This document shows positions 28,097 through 39,855 of a DNA stretch of 64,000 nt, in pieces. Every line of letters starts with the position of its first letter. Within the stretch, counting starts at the first letter, position 1. Position numbers and translations under genes: made by a program. The notes beneath the pieces were generated by a model. That model was not told the origin of the DNA. It saw nothing but the letters and a program-made list of their open reading frames with translations, and did no database searches. Source of the stretch: Basidiobolus meristosporus CBS 931.73 (taxonomy: Eukaryota; Fungi; Basidiobolomycota); NCBI GenBank assembly GCA_002104905.1, contig MCFE01000088.1, positions 62,001 through 126,000 on the forward strand, written 5' to 3'.

Positions 28097-28932
28097 GTCA
28101 ACTTGTATGCATGAAAAGTAAGAGAAACAGTCGAGTCAGGAAGTAAGGAGTGTGAAAAAGAGGCAATAGCCAATCAATTCACACAAATGTAGGAGGCAAT
28201 AGAGTGTCTGGGATCAGAAAGTGAGCAAATTGGCAGGGAACCAATCAAAAGCCACTTATACATTGTTGTGATGAAAAATTTTGATAAAGTTTTTTGTGAA
28301 ATCTGGGGTGCAATTGTATTTCAACAGTCTCTGGATGGTGTCCTGACAAGATTGGTACCTCTCAGTCACAGGACATTAACTTTGAGATGGCCTTTTGACA
28401 AGATCATCTCAATAATTTTTCATAAGGCTTAGTGAATGAGATAGAATCTGTGGGCATACCAACTACTGATAAGCTTTTGATGGTTACCATCCTGAAAAGC
28501 CTGACAGAAGGTTTCAGGGCCTAGTATCAGCCCTAGAGTCCAGAACTGAATACATGACCTTAAATTACATATATGGAAGGCTCCTAGATGAAGAGTTAAG
28601 AAAATCAAGAGCCAATAAGAAGGAAGAAGAAAATACTTAGATAAGTATTGATAACCTACCAAGGATTTACTCACAATCCTCAGAAGGCAACAGCAACATG
28701 TGTTGCAACTACTGCAAACAGAAATGATACACATCAGGCTGGTGCCTCAAACAGAGAGATAATCAGCTAAACAATTCTGAATATGGAAATGCTGCAACAA
28801 CAGAGGATATACTGTTCATATCTGCATTAAATGTAACCACAAACAAGCATTCCTAGACATGGTATATTAACTCTGGAGCATCTCAACCCTTCACGCACCA
28901 ATAGGAATTTTTTATTCAATATTAGTTGTTTT

Positions 28933-31900
28933 TGTTGTAAAAAATTGTATTTCCACCTAAATATTCACCTAACTTAGTCACTAAGATCATTACCTTCATA
29001 TCCTAGAGAATACTGACCAAATTACTTGTTGAGATTTACTTAGAATATTCTCACCAAAATACCAGGTACCCAGAACATGAAAATTTGATAAGTTGTCCAA
29101 ACAGCGCCAAACTTTGCACACATGTTTTTGGGACCTTCCTTAACCTATTCTTTGTGTTTATAATGCCAAGACCAGGTAAAAGTATAAATACTACTTATAC
29201 ATTCAATAAATCATTAAGTGAAAACCACATAATCTACTTGTTCTCCCAATCACTTCCAATATCTCCAAGACTCTTACAACATGTTATGAGCGCCAAGCTG
29301 TCACTCTCTGTAATGTCTACTACTGCTATTACTGGAATTTTTCCCTCTGCTGAAAAGTTGGATGGATCTAACTACCAAGTGTGGAAGGTGAAGATGAATA
29401 TGCTGCTACAAGAAAGTGGCCTTTGAGATGTTGTCATGGGAGAAGAATGCCCTCCTAAAGTGTGGGAGAGGAAGTCTTGAAGTACTAGAAGAAAGAACAA
29501 AGTGCCTTTAACTGCATTTGCCTTTATGTTAAAGACAAATTGCTAATTCAATGCTCAAGAGCAAAAATGGCAAAGAATGCCTGGAAGGCATTAGAAGACA
29601 CCTACCAGTCATGTTCAGCTGCTAAGAAAATGTATCTGAGACAAAAATTCTTTACTATAATGATGCTGCCAGGAGAAGAAATGAAAAATCTAATTAACAG
29701 AATTACCCTGCTGGTAGATGAGATGGAATCTGTGGGCATACCAACTACTGATGAGGATGTGATAGTTACCATCCTGAATAGCCTGACAGACAAGTTTCAG
29801 GGCCTTGTATAAGCCCTAGAGTCCAGAACTGAAGATTGGACCTTAAATTACGTATATGGAAGGCTCCTGGATGAAGAATTAAGAAAATCAAGCACCAATA
29901 AGCAGGAAGATGAAAATGCTTTAATAAGCAATGATAACCAACAAAGGAGGTACTCAAGACCCTACAAAGGCAACAGCAACCTGTTTTGTAACTACTGCAA
30001 AAGGAAAGGATACACATCAGACCGATGTCTTTAAAAGAAAGATAATCAGGAAAAGAAGCCTGAATAGGGAAACGCTGCAACAACTGAAGATAGACTATTC
30101 ATATCTGTGCTAAATATGACCACAAACAAGGATTCTCAGATGTGGTATATTGGCTCTGGAGCATTTCAACACTTAACACACCAAAAAGAACTTTTTACCC
30201 AATATCAAGAAATTCCAATTGACAAGGTTTTCATGGGTGACAATAGAACACTTGATGCAGTGGGAGAAGGAACTATCCAAATAAACCTTAGAAGCAGTGA
30301 CGGAAGCCATACACTGACCGTTAAAGAAGTACTCTATGTACCAGAAATAGCCAAGAACCTACTATCTGTAAGCAAGGCTACTGCAGAAGGACTCAGTTTC
30401 AGCTTTGACAATTCTGGATGCAAGATCACTGAGCAAAATGGTGCCCATATTGCTTTGGGTATCAGAGATCAGAACCTATACAAGTTGACTTATATTCTAT
30501 CATATTTGGAAGCCAATATAAGTAACTTAAATGAAGAAACACCAATGCTTTGGCACAGGAGATTTGGGCACATCAATTTTTATTATTTGCACAAAGTGAT
30601 CAAAGATCAGCTAATTTCTTGAGTAAAAATTGATCCCCCAGCTAATTTGGAGCACTGTGAAGCCTGCATATATGGAAAGCAACCCAGACCACCATTCAAG
30701 AGCTCTAGGTTAATCAAAACTAAGAAAAAATTAGATCTATTCACTCAGATCTGTGTGGACCTATGCAAAATTTATCCTTAGGCAGGATGACATATTTAAT
30801 CACTTTTATTGATAATTATACAAAATACACATGGGTCTACTTCATGGAGAGAAAGGAAGAAGCTCTGTCTAAGTTCAGGGAGTTTAAAGCCATGGTGGAG
30901 AGAGAAACTGGTGAAAAAAGCAAGAAATTACACTCTGACCATGGTGGAGAATATACCTCAAAACTCTTCATCCACTTCTGCAAAATTCATGGAATAAAGC
31001 AAGAGACTACAGTACCATACTCCCCACAGCAAAATGGAGTAGCAGAACATGCTAACAGATCAATAATTGATATGGCAAGATCTATGATCCATGATCAAAA
31101 ATTATCCTATAATTTTTGGGCAGAATCAGTTGCCACTTCTGTATATCTTAAAATAGGAGTTATAACAGAATACTGCGTGATTCTACTCCATTTGAAGCAT
31201 GGTATGGATACAGACCAAGTGCAGAATATCTAAGAATATTTGGGTGTACAGCATATGCCAAGAAACTGCCTGGAAATCAGTCAAAATTTGAGCCAAAAAG
31301 TGTAAAATGCATATTTTTGGGCTACTGCAATGAGAGTAAAGCATACAGACTCTACAGTACCAAGGCAAAGAAGCTAATCAAGTCCAGGGATGTGTTGTTT
31401 GATTAAAATTAAAAATTTTCACAAAAAATGACATTAGATGTTGACAAAAATATGATCTCAAATCCATCAATTGTCAGGATTGAACCAGAGCAAAACAATG
31501 AGAATTTTTTCACTCCAGAGGACTCTACAACCATGGTTCAGCCAGAATCAGTACCCAGGAATATCCCAGAAGTGATCATTCTAGTATCAAATGCCTGGAG
31601 ATCCAATTGGACAAGAAATAACCCAAATAACTATATCAATGAGGGTACAAACTTAGCCTATGCCTATTCAGTCCATATTGATGAGCCCCAGACTGTAAAA
31701 GAGGCCCTAAATAGACCTCAGACAAAGTTTTGGAGATCTGCAATGACTGAGGAATATCAGGCCCTGATGGAAAATCAAACTTGGGACTTGGTCAAATTAC
31801 CAATCAACTAAAAATCAATTGGATCCAGATGGGTCTTCAAGACAAAGACAAGACTGATGGTACAATTGAAAGATGCAAAGCAAGACATGTAGCCTAAGGA

Positions 31901-33611
31901 TACTCTCAGACAAAAGGACTTGACTATACTGAGACCTCTGCACCGGTAGCCAAGTTCAATTCCATCAGATTAATATTGGCTATTGCAGCCAAATATAAGC
32001 TTTTTATTCATCAAATGGATGTAAAAACTGCATTTTTAATGGAGAACCTGCTGAGGACATGTATATGGACCAGCCTGATGGGTGTGTTGACCAAGATAAC
32101 CCCAATTTGGTTTGCAAGCTTAAAAAGTCACTATATGGTCTCAAACAATCACCAAGAGCCTGGAATTGCAAGATAGATTCTTATTTGGAATCTTTGAGTT
32201 TCAAAAGGAGTAATGCTGACTATAGTATATACTATAAGCCAGATAGAGCAAATCCAGTTCTATTAGCTCTATATGTGGATGATCTTATTATAGCCGCCAA
32301 TACCCTAGAAACATTGGAAGAGACAAAATCCAGCCTATCTAAGGAGCTCAAGATGTCTAATCTAGGAGAACTCAGTTACTACTTAGGGATTAAGTTCTCC
32401 ATAGACAGAAGTACCCAGACTATTACCCTAAGCCAATCCAAGTATATTCAAGATATACTAAAGAAGTACAAAATGGAAGACTGTAAACCGGCAGCTACCC
32501 CAATGGAGACAAACCTTTACTTGGTCAAAACTCAACCAAATCATGAGAGCTTGGTGCCATCTGAAAGCCCTGACTTTCCTTATCAATCTATGGTTGGCAG
32601 TCTGATGTATATTATGCTTGGAACATGTCCAGATATCTCATATTCAGTGGGAGTTGTCAACCAACATAATCCCAACTATGGATCTGATCATATTGCAGCA
32701 GTTAAGCGGATTTTTAGATACCTAAAAGGAACTGCTGATATCTGCTTAATATACACTTATAAGGACTCAGAACAGGATCTTGTGGGATACTCTGATGCTG
32801 ATTGGGGACAAAATCTGGAAGACAGAAGATCCACCACAGGATACACCTTTCTTTACTGTAAAGGAGCAATTTCATTTTTTTAAAGAAAGCAACCAACCAT
32901 AGCACTTTCTACCACAGAGGCAGAGTACATGGCAGCCTGTGAAGCTACAAAAGAAGCAATGTGGTTAAGAAAGCTTTTTACAGATTTAGGCCTATGTCAA
33001 AAAACGCCTATTACTTTATTTCAGGATAATAAAGGATGTATACAATTAGGTAGAAATCCAACTATTCATGCTAGAGCCAAGCACATAGATATTAATATCA
33101 TTTCTTACATGAAGCTATAGAGAATAACTTAGTTAGCTTAGTTTACTGTCCTACAGATGAAATGATTGCAGACATATTTACCAAACCATTAGCTAGAGAC
33201 AAGTTTGAATATCTTAGGTCAAAATTAGGACTAGTCAGTGTGAACATTTAGCTGAGTGGGAGTGTTGTAAGAATTTGTATTTCCACCTAAATATTTGCCT
33301 AACTTAGTCACTTAGATCATTACCTTCATATCCTAGAGAATACAGACCAAATTCCTTGTTGGGACTTACTTCAAATATTTTCACCAAAATACCAGGTACC
33401 CAGAACATGAAAATTTGATAAGTTGTCCAAACAGCCCCAAACTTTGCACACATGTTCTTGGGACCTTTCTTAACCTATTCTTTGTGTGTGTAATGCCAAG
33501 ACCAGGTAAAAGTATAAATACTACTTTTACATTCAATAAATCATTAAGTGAAGACCACATAATCTACTTGTTCTCCCAATCACTTCCGATATCTCCAAGA
33601 CTCTTACAACA
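28933..33611 (+). mobile_element. Full-length decayed Ty1/copia element, 4679 bp; 349-bp LTRs (28933-29281, 33263-33611); TSD GTTTT/GCTTT
   Basis: LTRs differ at about 20 of 349 positions by eye; PPT GAGTGGGAG before the 3' LTR; PBS-like TGTTATGAGCGC at 29282. Confidence 0.95.
29313..33255 (+). pseudogene. Copia gag-protease-integrase-RT-RNase H polyprotein with multiple stops and frameshifts
   Basis: KLDGSNYQVWKVKM, CNYCKRKGY, WYIGSGA, LWHRRFGH, SDHGGEY, PQQNGVAE, LYVDD, GYSDADWG, ARAKHIDI; IN before RT is copia order. Confidence 0.95.
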
Positions 33612-34834
33612 GCTTTAATTAAGAAGGTTTTCATGGGTGACAATCAGGCACTTGATGCAGCTGGAAAAGGAACCATCTAAGGAAGCCCTAAAAGCAGTGA
33701 GAAAAGCTATACACCTACCTTCAAAGAAGTACTCTATGCACCAGAAATAGCTAGGATCCAACTATCAGTAAGCAAGGCCACAATAGAAGCACCCAGTTTC
33801 AGCTCTGACAATTTTGGTTGTAGAATCACTGATCAAAAAGGTGCCCATTTGTTTGGGTATCAGGGATCAGAATCTATACAGATTGACTTATATTGCATCT
33901 TATCTGGAAGCCAATATGAGCAGCCAAAATGAAGAAGCACCCATGCTTTGGCACAGGAGATTTGGACACATTAATGTTGGTTATTTGCATAAATTGATTG
34001 AAGATCAGCTAATTTTTGGAGTGAAAATTCATCCCCTAGTTGATTTTGAGCACTTGAAGTCTGCATACATAGGAGATAAGCCAGACAGTTGTTCCAGAGC
34101 ACTTGGTTAATCAAATCCAAGACAAAACTAGATCCAGTTCACTCAAATTTGCGCATACTTAAGCAAAATTTATATGTAAGTGGATAAAGTAATTAATAAC
34201 TTTTATTGATGATAATGCAACATACACATGGGTCTACCTCATGAAAAGTAAGGAAGCAGCCTTTTCTTAGCTCAGAGAGTGTTAAGCTGTTGTGAAGAGA
34301 GAGACCAGTGAGAAAATCAGGAAAATATGCTCTGACAATGGTGGAGAATACACCTCATTGCTCTTCATCCATATCTGCCAAATTCATGTTATAATCCAAA
34401 AGACTGCTGTATCTTACTCTCCACAATGAAATGTAGCAACACAACATGTAAACATATCACTAATTGATATGGCTAGCTCTATGATCTGTTGTGTTGTATT
34501 TTGATTAGTTTGGGGCTTGTTCTACAATGTTGAGGCTAATCAACAATATACAACAACTTTCAGTGTGCTAATACTGAAATAGTTTATTGGGAGTTTGATA
34601 TACTAATAGAAGATAAAATTTTCACTAATATCCTCAATCTTAGGCTCTAAATATACTCTAGGCAGTGTTTCTCACTTCTACAGCAGTGTTCTGACCTTCT
34701 GTTGACTAATGGGTTTATTTACTTTTATAGTAACTTTTCTTTATTTGGAAGTCACTTTCCTTTCTGAGAAAATATTTCCTAATATGGAAATTCTGACCTC
34801 CCCTTTAACATAAAGTGGTGTGTTGTAGAAGTCT

Positions 34835-35010
34835 CTAAAGGGGTGTCTTTAGAGTAAAGGGGCTCCTTGTAGTGGTCTCTAAAGTGGACTTAATACTAAT
34901 GGGGTGCCTAAAGGGGCTTCTTTAGAGTAAAGGGGTTTCTTAGCAGGGTCTCTAAAGGGGTCTTTAGACTAAAGGGGTGTCTAAAGGGATGTCTTTAGAG
35001 TAAAGGGTCT
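34835..35010. repeat. Array of about 10 TAAAGGGG-like motifs inside an unassigned segment (about 34487-35640)
   Basis: ctaaaggggtgtctttagagtaaagggg... recurring at irregular 10-25 bp spacing. Confidence 0.75.
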
Positions 35011-36898
35011 CTTAGAGAGGACTTTTCCAACAGAAAAGTGGTAGTTTCTTGTAGAACTTAGATTGGATTCTTGTGAGCTTTGCAGTTTCTTTACTGATGT
35101 GGTACCAATCAAAGTCAGAATACTCAACAGTGCAAGTGATGCAGGGGAAGTCTTATAACCTTTAAACTTGTGATTGTAGTGTCAAGATTCTGGAAAGAGA
35201 GGCTCCCTTTTATTTTTCAGCTGGGCAAGTCATATATATGATATTTCTGAAGGATCAAAGTTTTTGGGTGATTGTGCAAGCAATACAAATGATACAAAGC
35301 TAAAATGTTGCAGTGGTGCAGATTAGACATAGGTGCAGCACCTGTGAAAACTTCACATGATTTGATTGGCCGGTTCAAAAGCTACATGTGATCAAAGTCA
35401 CCATAGTAATCCTAGCAATAGTGGCCTAGTATACATAATAATTGGACTCTTTTGGTAATAACTCCTTAAGTACTGCTTCAAATGAGCTGTAATTTGAGAT
35501 ATGTGTTGGCTACTGCATGTCCTGTATGACATAATATTCTTGGGTGGATTGCTTGTCAGGGTCTGGAGTACTTGTCCTTCAAAGTTGGAATTTCTTAACC
35601 TTTCACTTGTGTGATACAAACCTTGCAAATAGATATTATTGCAGAATGCTTTGTGATCCTACTTCACAGGAGGCATGGTACGGACATAGACCAAGTGCCA
35701 AACATTTAGGAATATCTGGGTGTGCAGCATATGCCAAGAAACTGCCTGGAAGTCAGTTAAATATGAGCCAAAAAGTGTAAAATGTATATCTTTGGACTAC
35801 TAAAACAAGAGTAAGATACACAGACTCTACAATACCAAGGCAAAGAGGCTGCTCAAGACCAGGTATATGGCACTTGATGAGAATTTAAATTTCTTGCAAA
35901 AAGTGATAGCAAATAATGATAAAATTCTGATCACAAGTCTACAAATAGTTTGGATTGAATAAGAACAAAGCAATGAAATCTTTTCACTCCAGAGAGCTCA
36001 ATAACCATGGATCAGCTTGAATCAGTGCCCAGAAATATGCCAGAAGTGATTATTCAAGTATTGCAAACCTGGAGAACCAACTGCACCAGACAAAGCTCAA
36101 TTTCTATTTCAATGAGGGTACCAACTTAGCCTATGCCTATTCAGTCCTTGTTGATAACCCCCAGACTGTAAAGGAGGTCCTAAATGGCCCCCAGATAAAG
36201 TCCTGTAGATCTGTAAAGACTGAGGAGTATCATACCCTGATGGAAAGTCCAACCTGGGACTTGGTCAAGTTACCAATCAACCAAAAATCAATTGGATACA
36301 GATAGGTTTTCCACACAAAAGAAAAGGATGATGGTACAATTGAAAGATATAAAGAAAGATGGATGGCCAACAAATATTCTTAAAGGAAACAATGTGACAA
36401 TACTGTGATCTTTACAGCAGGAGCCAAGCTTGACTCTGTCAAATAATATTGGCTGTAGCAGCCAAATATAACTTTTTATGCATCATATAGATTTAAAAGC
36501 TGCATTTTCAAATGGAGAGCTTGGTGAGGATTTGTATATAGACCTGCTTAATGAGTGTTTTGACCAATATAGCCCAGGTTTGGTTTGTAGGCTGAGAAGA
36601 TATTTACATGGTGTTAATCAATCTCAAAGCATCTAGAATTGCAAGATAGATTCTGATTTGAAATCATTAAGCTTCCAATGGAGTAATGCTGATCATAGTA
36701 TGTACAATAAGACAGATAAAGCAAATCCAACTCTATTAGCTCTATACATGGATAATCTTATTATAGTCACCAATAGCCCAGAAACTCTGGATGAAACTAT
36801 ATCCAGCCTTTCTTAGGAGCTCAAGATGTCCAATCTAGGAGAGCTCAGCTGCTACTTAGGCATAAAGTTCTCCATTGACAGAAGTACCTTGACTATTG

Positions 36899-38725
36899 TT
36901 GTAATTATTGAGTTGTCACCAAAATATTTATGCTAACTTAGTCACATATATCATATACTGTGATTAGCATTCTGCCCTGACCAGATTTCTTGTTGGGACT
37001 TACTTAGAATATTTTCACCAAATTGTCAGGTACCCATATTATTATTTTTCTCAAAGTTGTCCAAAAGTCCCCAAGCTTTGCACACATATTCTTGGGATCT
37101 TCCTTAACAAACTCTATGCTGTAAGAGTCTTGGAGATATTGGAAGTGATTGGGAGGACAAGTAGGTCATGTGGTTTTCACTTAATGATTTATTGAATGTA
37201 AAAGTAGTATTAATACTTTTACATGGTCTTGGTATTACAAACACGTAGAATAGGTTACAAAAGGTCCCAAGAGCATGTGTGCAAAGTTTGGGGCTGTTTG
37301 GACAACTTTGAGAATTTTCATGTTCTGAGTACCTGGTATTTTGGTGAGAATATTCTAAGTAAATCCCAACAAGGAATTGGGTCAGTATTCTCTAGGATTT
37401 GAAGGTAATGATCTAAGTGACTAATTTAGCTGAATATTTAGGTGGAAATACAAATTTTTACAAGAATTTTGACACTTGGCTTCAATTTTGAAGATCTACT
37501 ATCAAGGACTATGACACTAAATAGCTATTATAATGCATTGAGTATTAGTAATTTGAGCTTATACATATACAACATTGTATTTGGGAGTCAGCTTGGGTAA
37601 AATTAATAGAGAAATACATATGCATTAGCACATAAGGTCTGGATATATTGATTTGGATAAGTTAGCTCACTGATTGGCCTCTTTGCAGAGGTCAGGATGT
37701 CAAATATGGTTAAGCACAGTGACTACTTGGCGATACAGCTCTCTGTAAATATATGCACCCAACATCCTGGTCCATATGCTTCAGAAGTACCAATTGAGTA
37801 TTAGAAGTTGGCATCTATTCATTTGGGAGCCAGCCTTATCCTGATCACAATCAGCTAAGCCAAGATAGCTTGAAATTATCTAAAATCCCCTTACTATTCT
37901 ATGACCAGAGGCTTATCATATATTATGCTTTGAGCATGGGTGTAGTTGCTGTAAGAGTCTTGGAGATATTGGAAGTGACTGGGAGAACAAGTAGATTATG
38001 TGGTTTTCACTTACTGATTTGTTAAATGTAAAAGTAGCAATTATACTTTTACATGGTCTTGGCATAACAGACACTTAGAATAGGCTTACAAAGGTTGCAA
38101 GAGCATGTATGTAAAATTTGGGGCTGTTTAGACAACTTGGAATATTTTCACCAAAACATCGGGTACCCAGAACATGAAAATTAGAAAAGTAAATTGCAAC
38201 AAGGAATTTGGTCAGTATTCTATAGAATTTGTAGGTAATGATCTAAGTGACTAAGTTAGATGAATATTTAGGTGGAATTCCAAATTTTTACAATAAAAAC
38301 CCCTTTAGAAATATCCCTTTCTTTATTCTAAAGGAGCATTTTCATGCAATTCATGAAATCAACTAATTGCAGCTCTCCTTACTACACAAGCAGAGTATAT
38401 GTCTGTCCATGAGTCTACAAAAAAAGCGACATGTCTAAGAAAGCTATTATAAAAGTAAACTAATCTTTCCTCTACCACTATATTTCTGAATAATCAAGAG
38501 TGTACTCCATGAAGTAGAAGTTGAATTTGTATACTAGAACTAAGCACATAAATATTAGGCATCATTTCATTTAGGATGCTATGGAGGATAACTTAGCTAG
38601 CTTACTATCCTACTGATGAATCAATTGCAGATATATATACAAAGCCCCTATCTAGAGACAAGTTTGGATATCTAAGATCACAATTAGCCCTAGTTAACAT
38701 GAATATCTTGTTGAGTGGGAGTGTT
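36899..38725. mobile_element. Copia-family LTR cluster and tail: partial + LTR about 36899-37110, - LTRs 37117-37465 and 37947-38295, RNase H remnant about 38300-38720 ending in PPT plus TGTT
   Basis: Alignment to the 33263-33611 LTR and 32870-33266; gagtgggagtgtt at about 38713-38725 then abrupt loss of similarity. Confidence 0.85.
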
Positions 38726-39855
38726 CAGTTTGAATGATATCCTGGAAAGCCTGGATTGACCAAAACAAAAAATCCATCGCGGGGACATTGGCATGGTTTG
38801 AATCAACGTTGGCGGCGGCACTGAGTTGCGCAAGACGATCATATTTTCATGAGGTTGTCTCTCCTCAGGCGCCATATTCGTCTCAGTGGCGTTTATGCAA
38901 CGCCAGTTAGAATACAAATGAAATCGAAGGGAGGTATATGCTACTCACCAAAGGCATTCCACTCATCGGCGGCTGTATAGCCCAGGGCGGGGAGTTCAGT
39001 CCAGACGAGATAGCCCTCATTTTTCATCTGCTTGCCCGTCGCTGGTCTTTATCTTTCAGAGCTGGGTGACGAAGTCAACGCATGGCAATCTCGATCAGGA
39101 ACGACGCACTCAGTTGGTATAGCCGCTAATTCATGGAATGGATAATACACCAGGTGAAAGTAAAATCGAAATCTGAAGTCGATCACGCACCTATGTTGGT
39201 CATTGAACCGGATTACTAACTCGGTTAGCAAAGGTTGTGGCATTGTCATCTTGGACGTGATTGAACCGGCATGTGGCACAAACATGGGTAGTAGTGGAAG
39301 CAATTACTGTATTTAAGCCGCCCTACAAACCGCCCTACAAACCGCTATTGTGAGCGCTTTGATCAAATCTTACTATATTTAAGCAACCATGTTGGGCCTA
39401 ATTTACGACGCATAAAAGTGCATGGGATTGGTTAGACTCCGATGTGACAATTCAGAAGGGAGGTTAGGCCACGATACACTGACCCATTTCATATAATATG
39501 ATGAAGTCACCTGGCTGGCTGAGGTAACGGGTTACCGATTGAATGTGAGAAGAAATGGAATTCGTGGGATTCACTCGTTCATGTACATATTTATTCCACC
39601 TTGAGAAGGAAGTTTATCCTGGTTACGAATCAGCCATAGATAAGGTGTCAACGAGGGAGAATCAGTCGGGTTGAACAAATACATAACATCACCACAGGAA
39701 TTCCTGATGAGAATAATTCACACGTTCGCAAATTCATTCGTCTCCTAGATGAATCACCCCTACGCTCACAATCACACCCACCTCCGCATCCATCTGTGGA
39801 ATATAAGAAGCCATGATGCCCCCTCCTCTCCTTGCTTCTACACCAATTCGAGATT

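Larger units (their letters stand above)
22630..28427. mobile_element. Full-length decayed CMC (CACTA/EnSpm-type) DNA transposon, 5798 bp, 17-bp imperfect TIRs starting CCC, apparent TSD CTTA
   Basis: Left end ccctatgaaaaataatt, right end aataatttttcataagg (2 mismatches); CTTA at 22626-22629 and 28428-28431; empty site restores copia gag spacing; subterminal (c/t)gtcaagatc-type motifs at both ends. Confidence 0.85.

Noticed and set aside
18747-35010. Short repeat arrays as CRISPR-like loci
   Set aside because: Eukaryotic context, units of 8-11 bp, no unique spacers, no cas genes.
1-38725. Neurospora-type RIP as the cause of decay
   Set aside because: CpA and TpG are abundant and the inspected changes are at CpG; the intact element is unmutated. 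Not formally excluded without counts.
38847-38867. Selenocysteine reading of two in-frame TGA codons
   Set aside because: No selenoprotein similarity or SECIS seen, the gene model is weak, and the frame is cut by a transposon.
240-38917. Dozens of 60-110 aa ORFs in the transposon block, including repeated MISCPNSPKLCTHV
   Set aside because: Chance frames in LTRs or off-frame pieces of decayed elements; repeated only because the LTRs are repeated.
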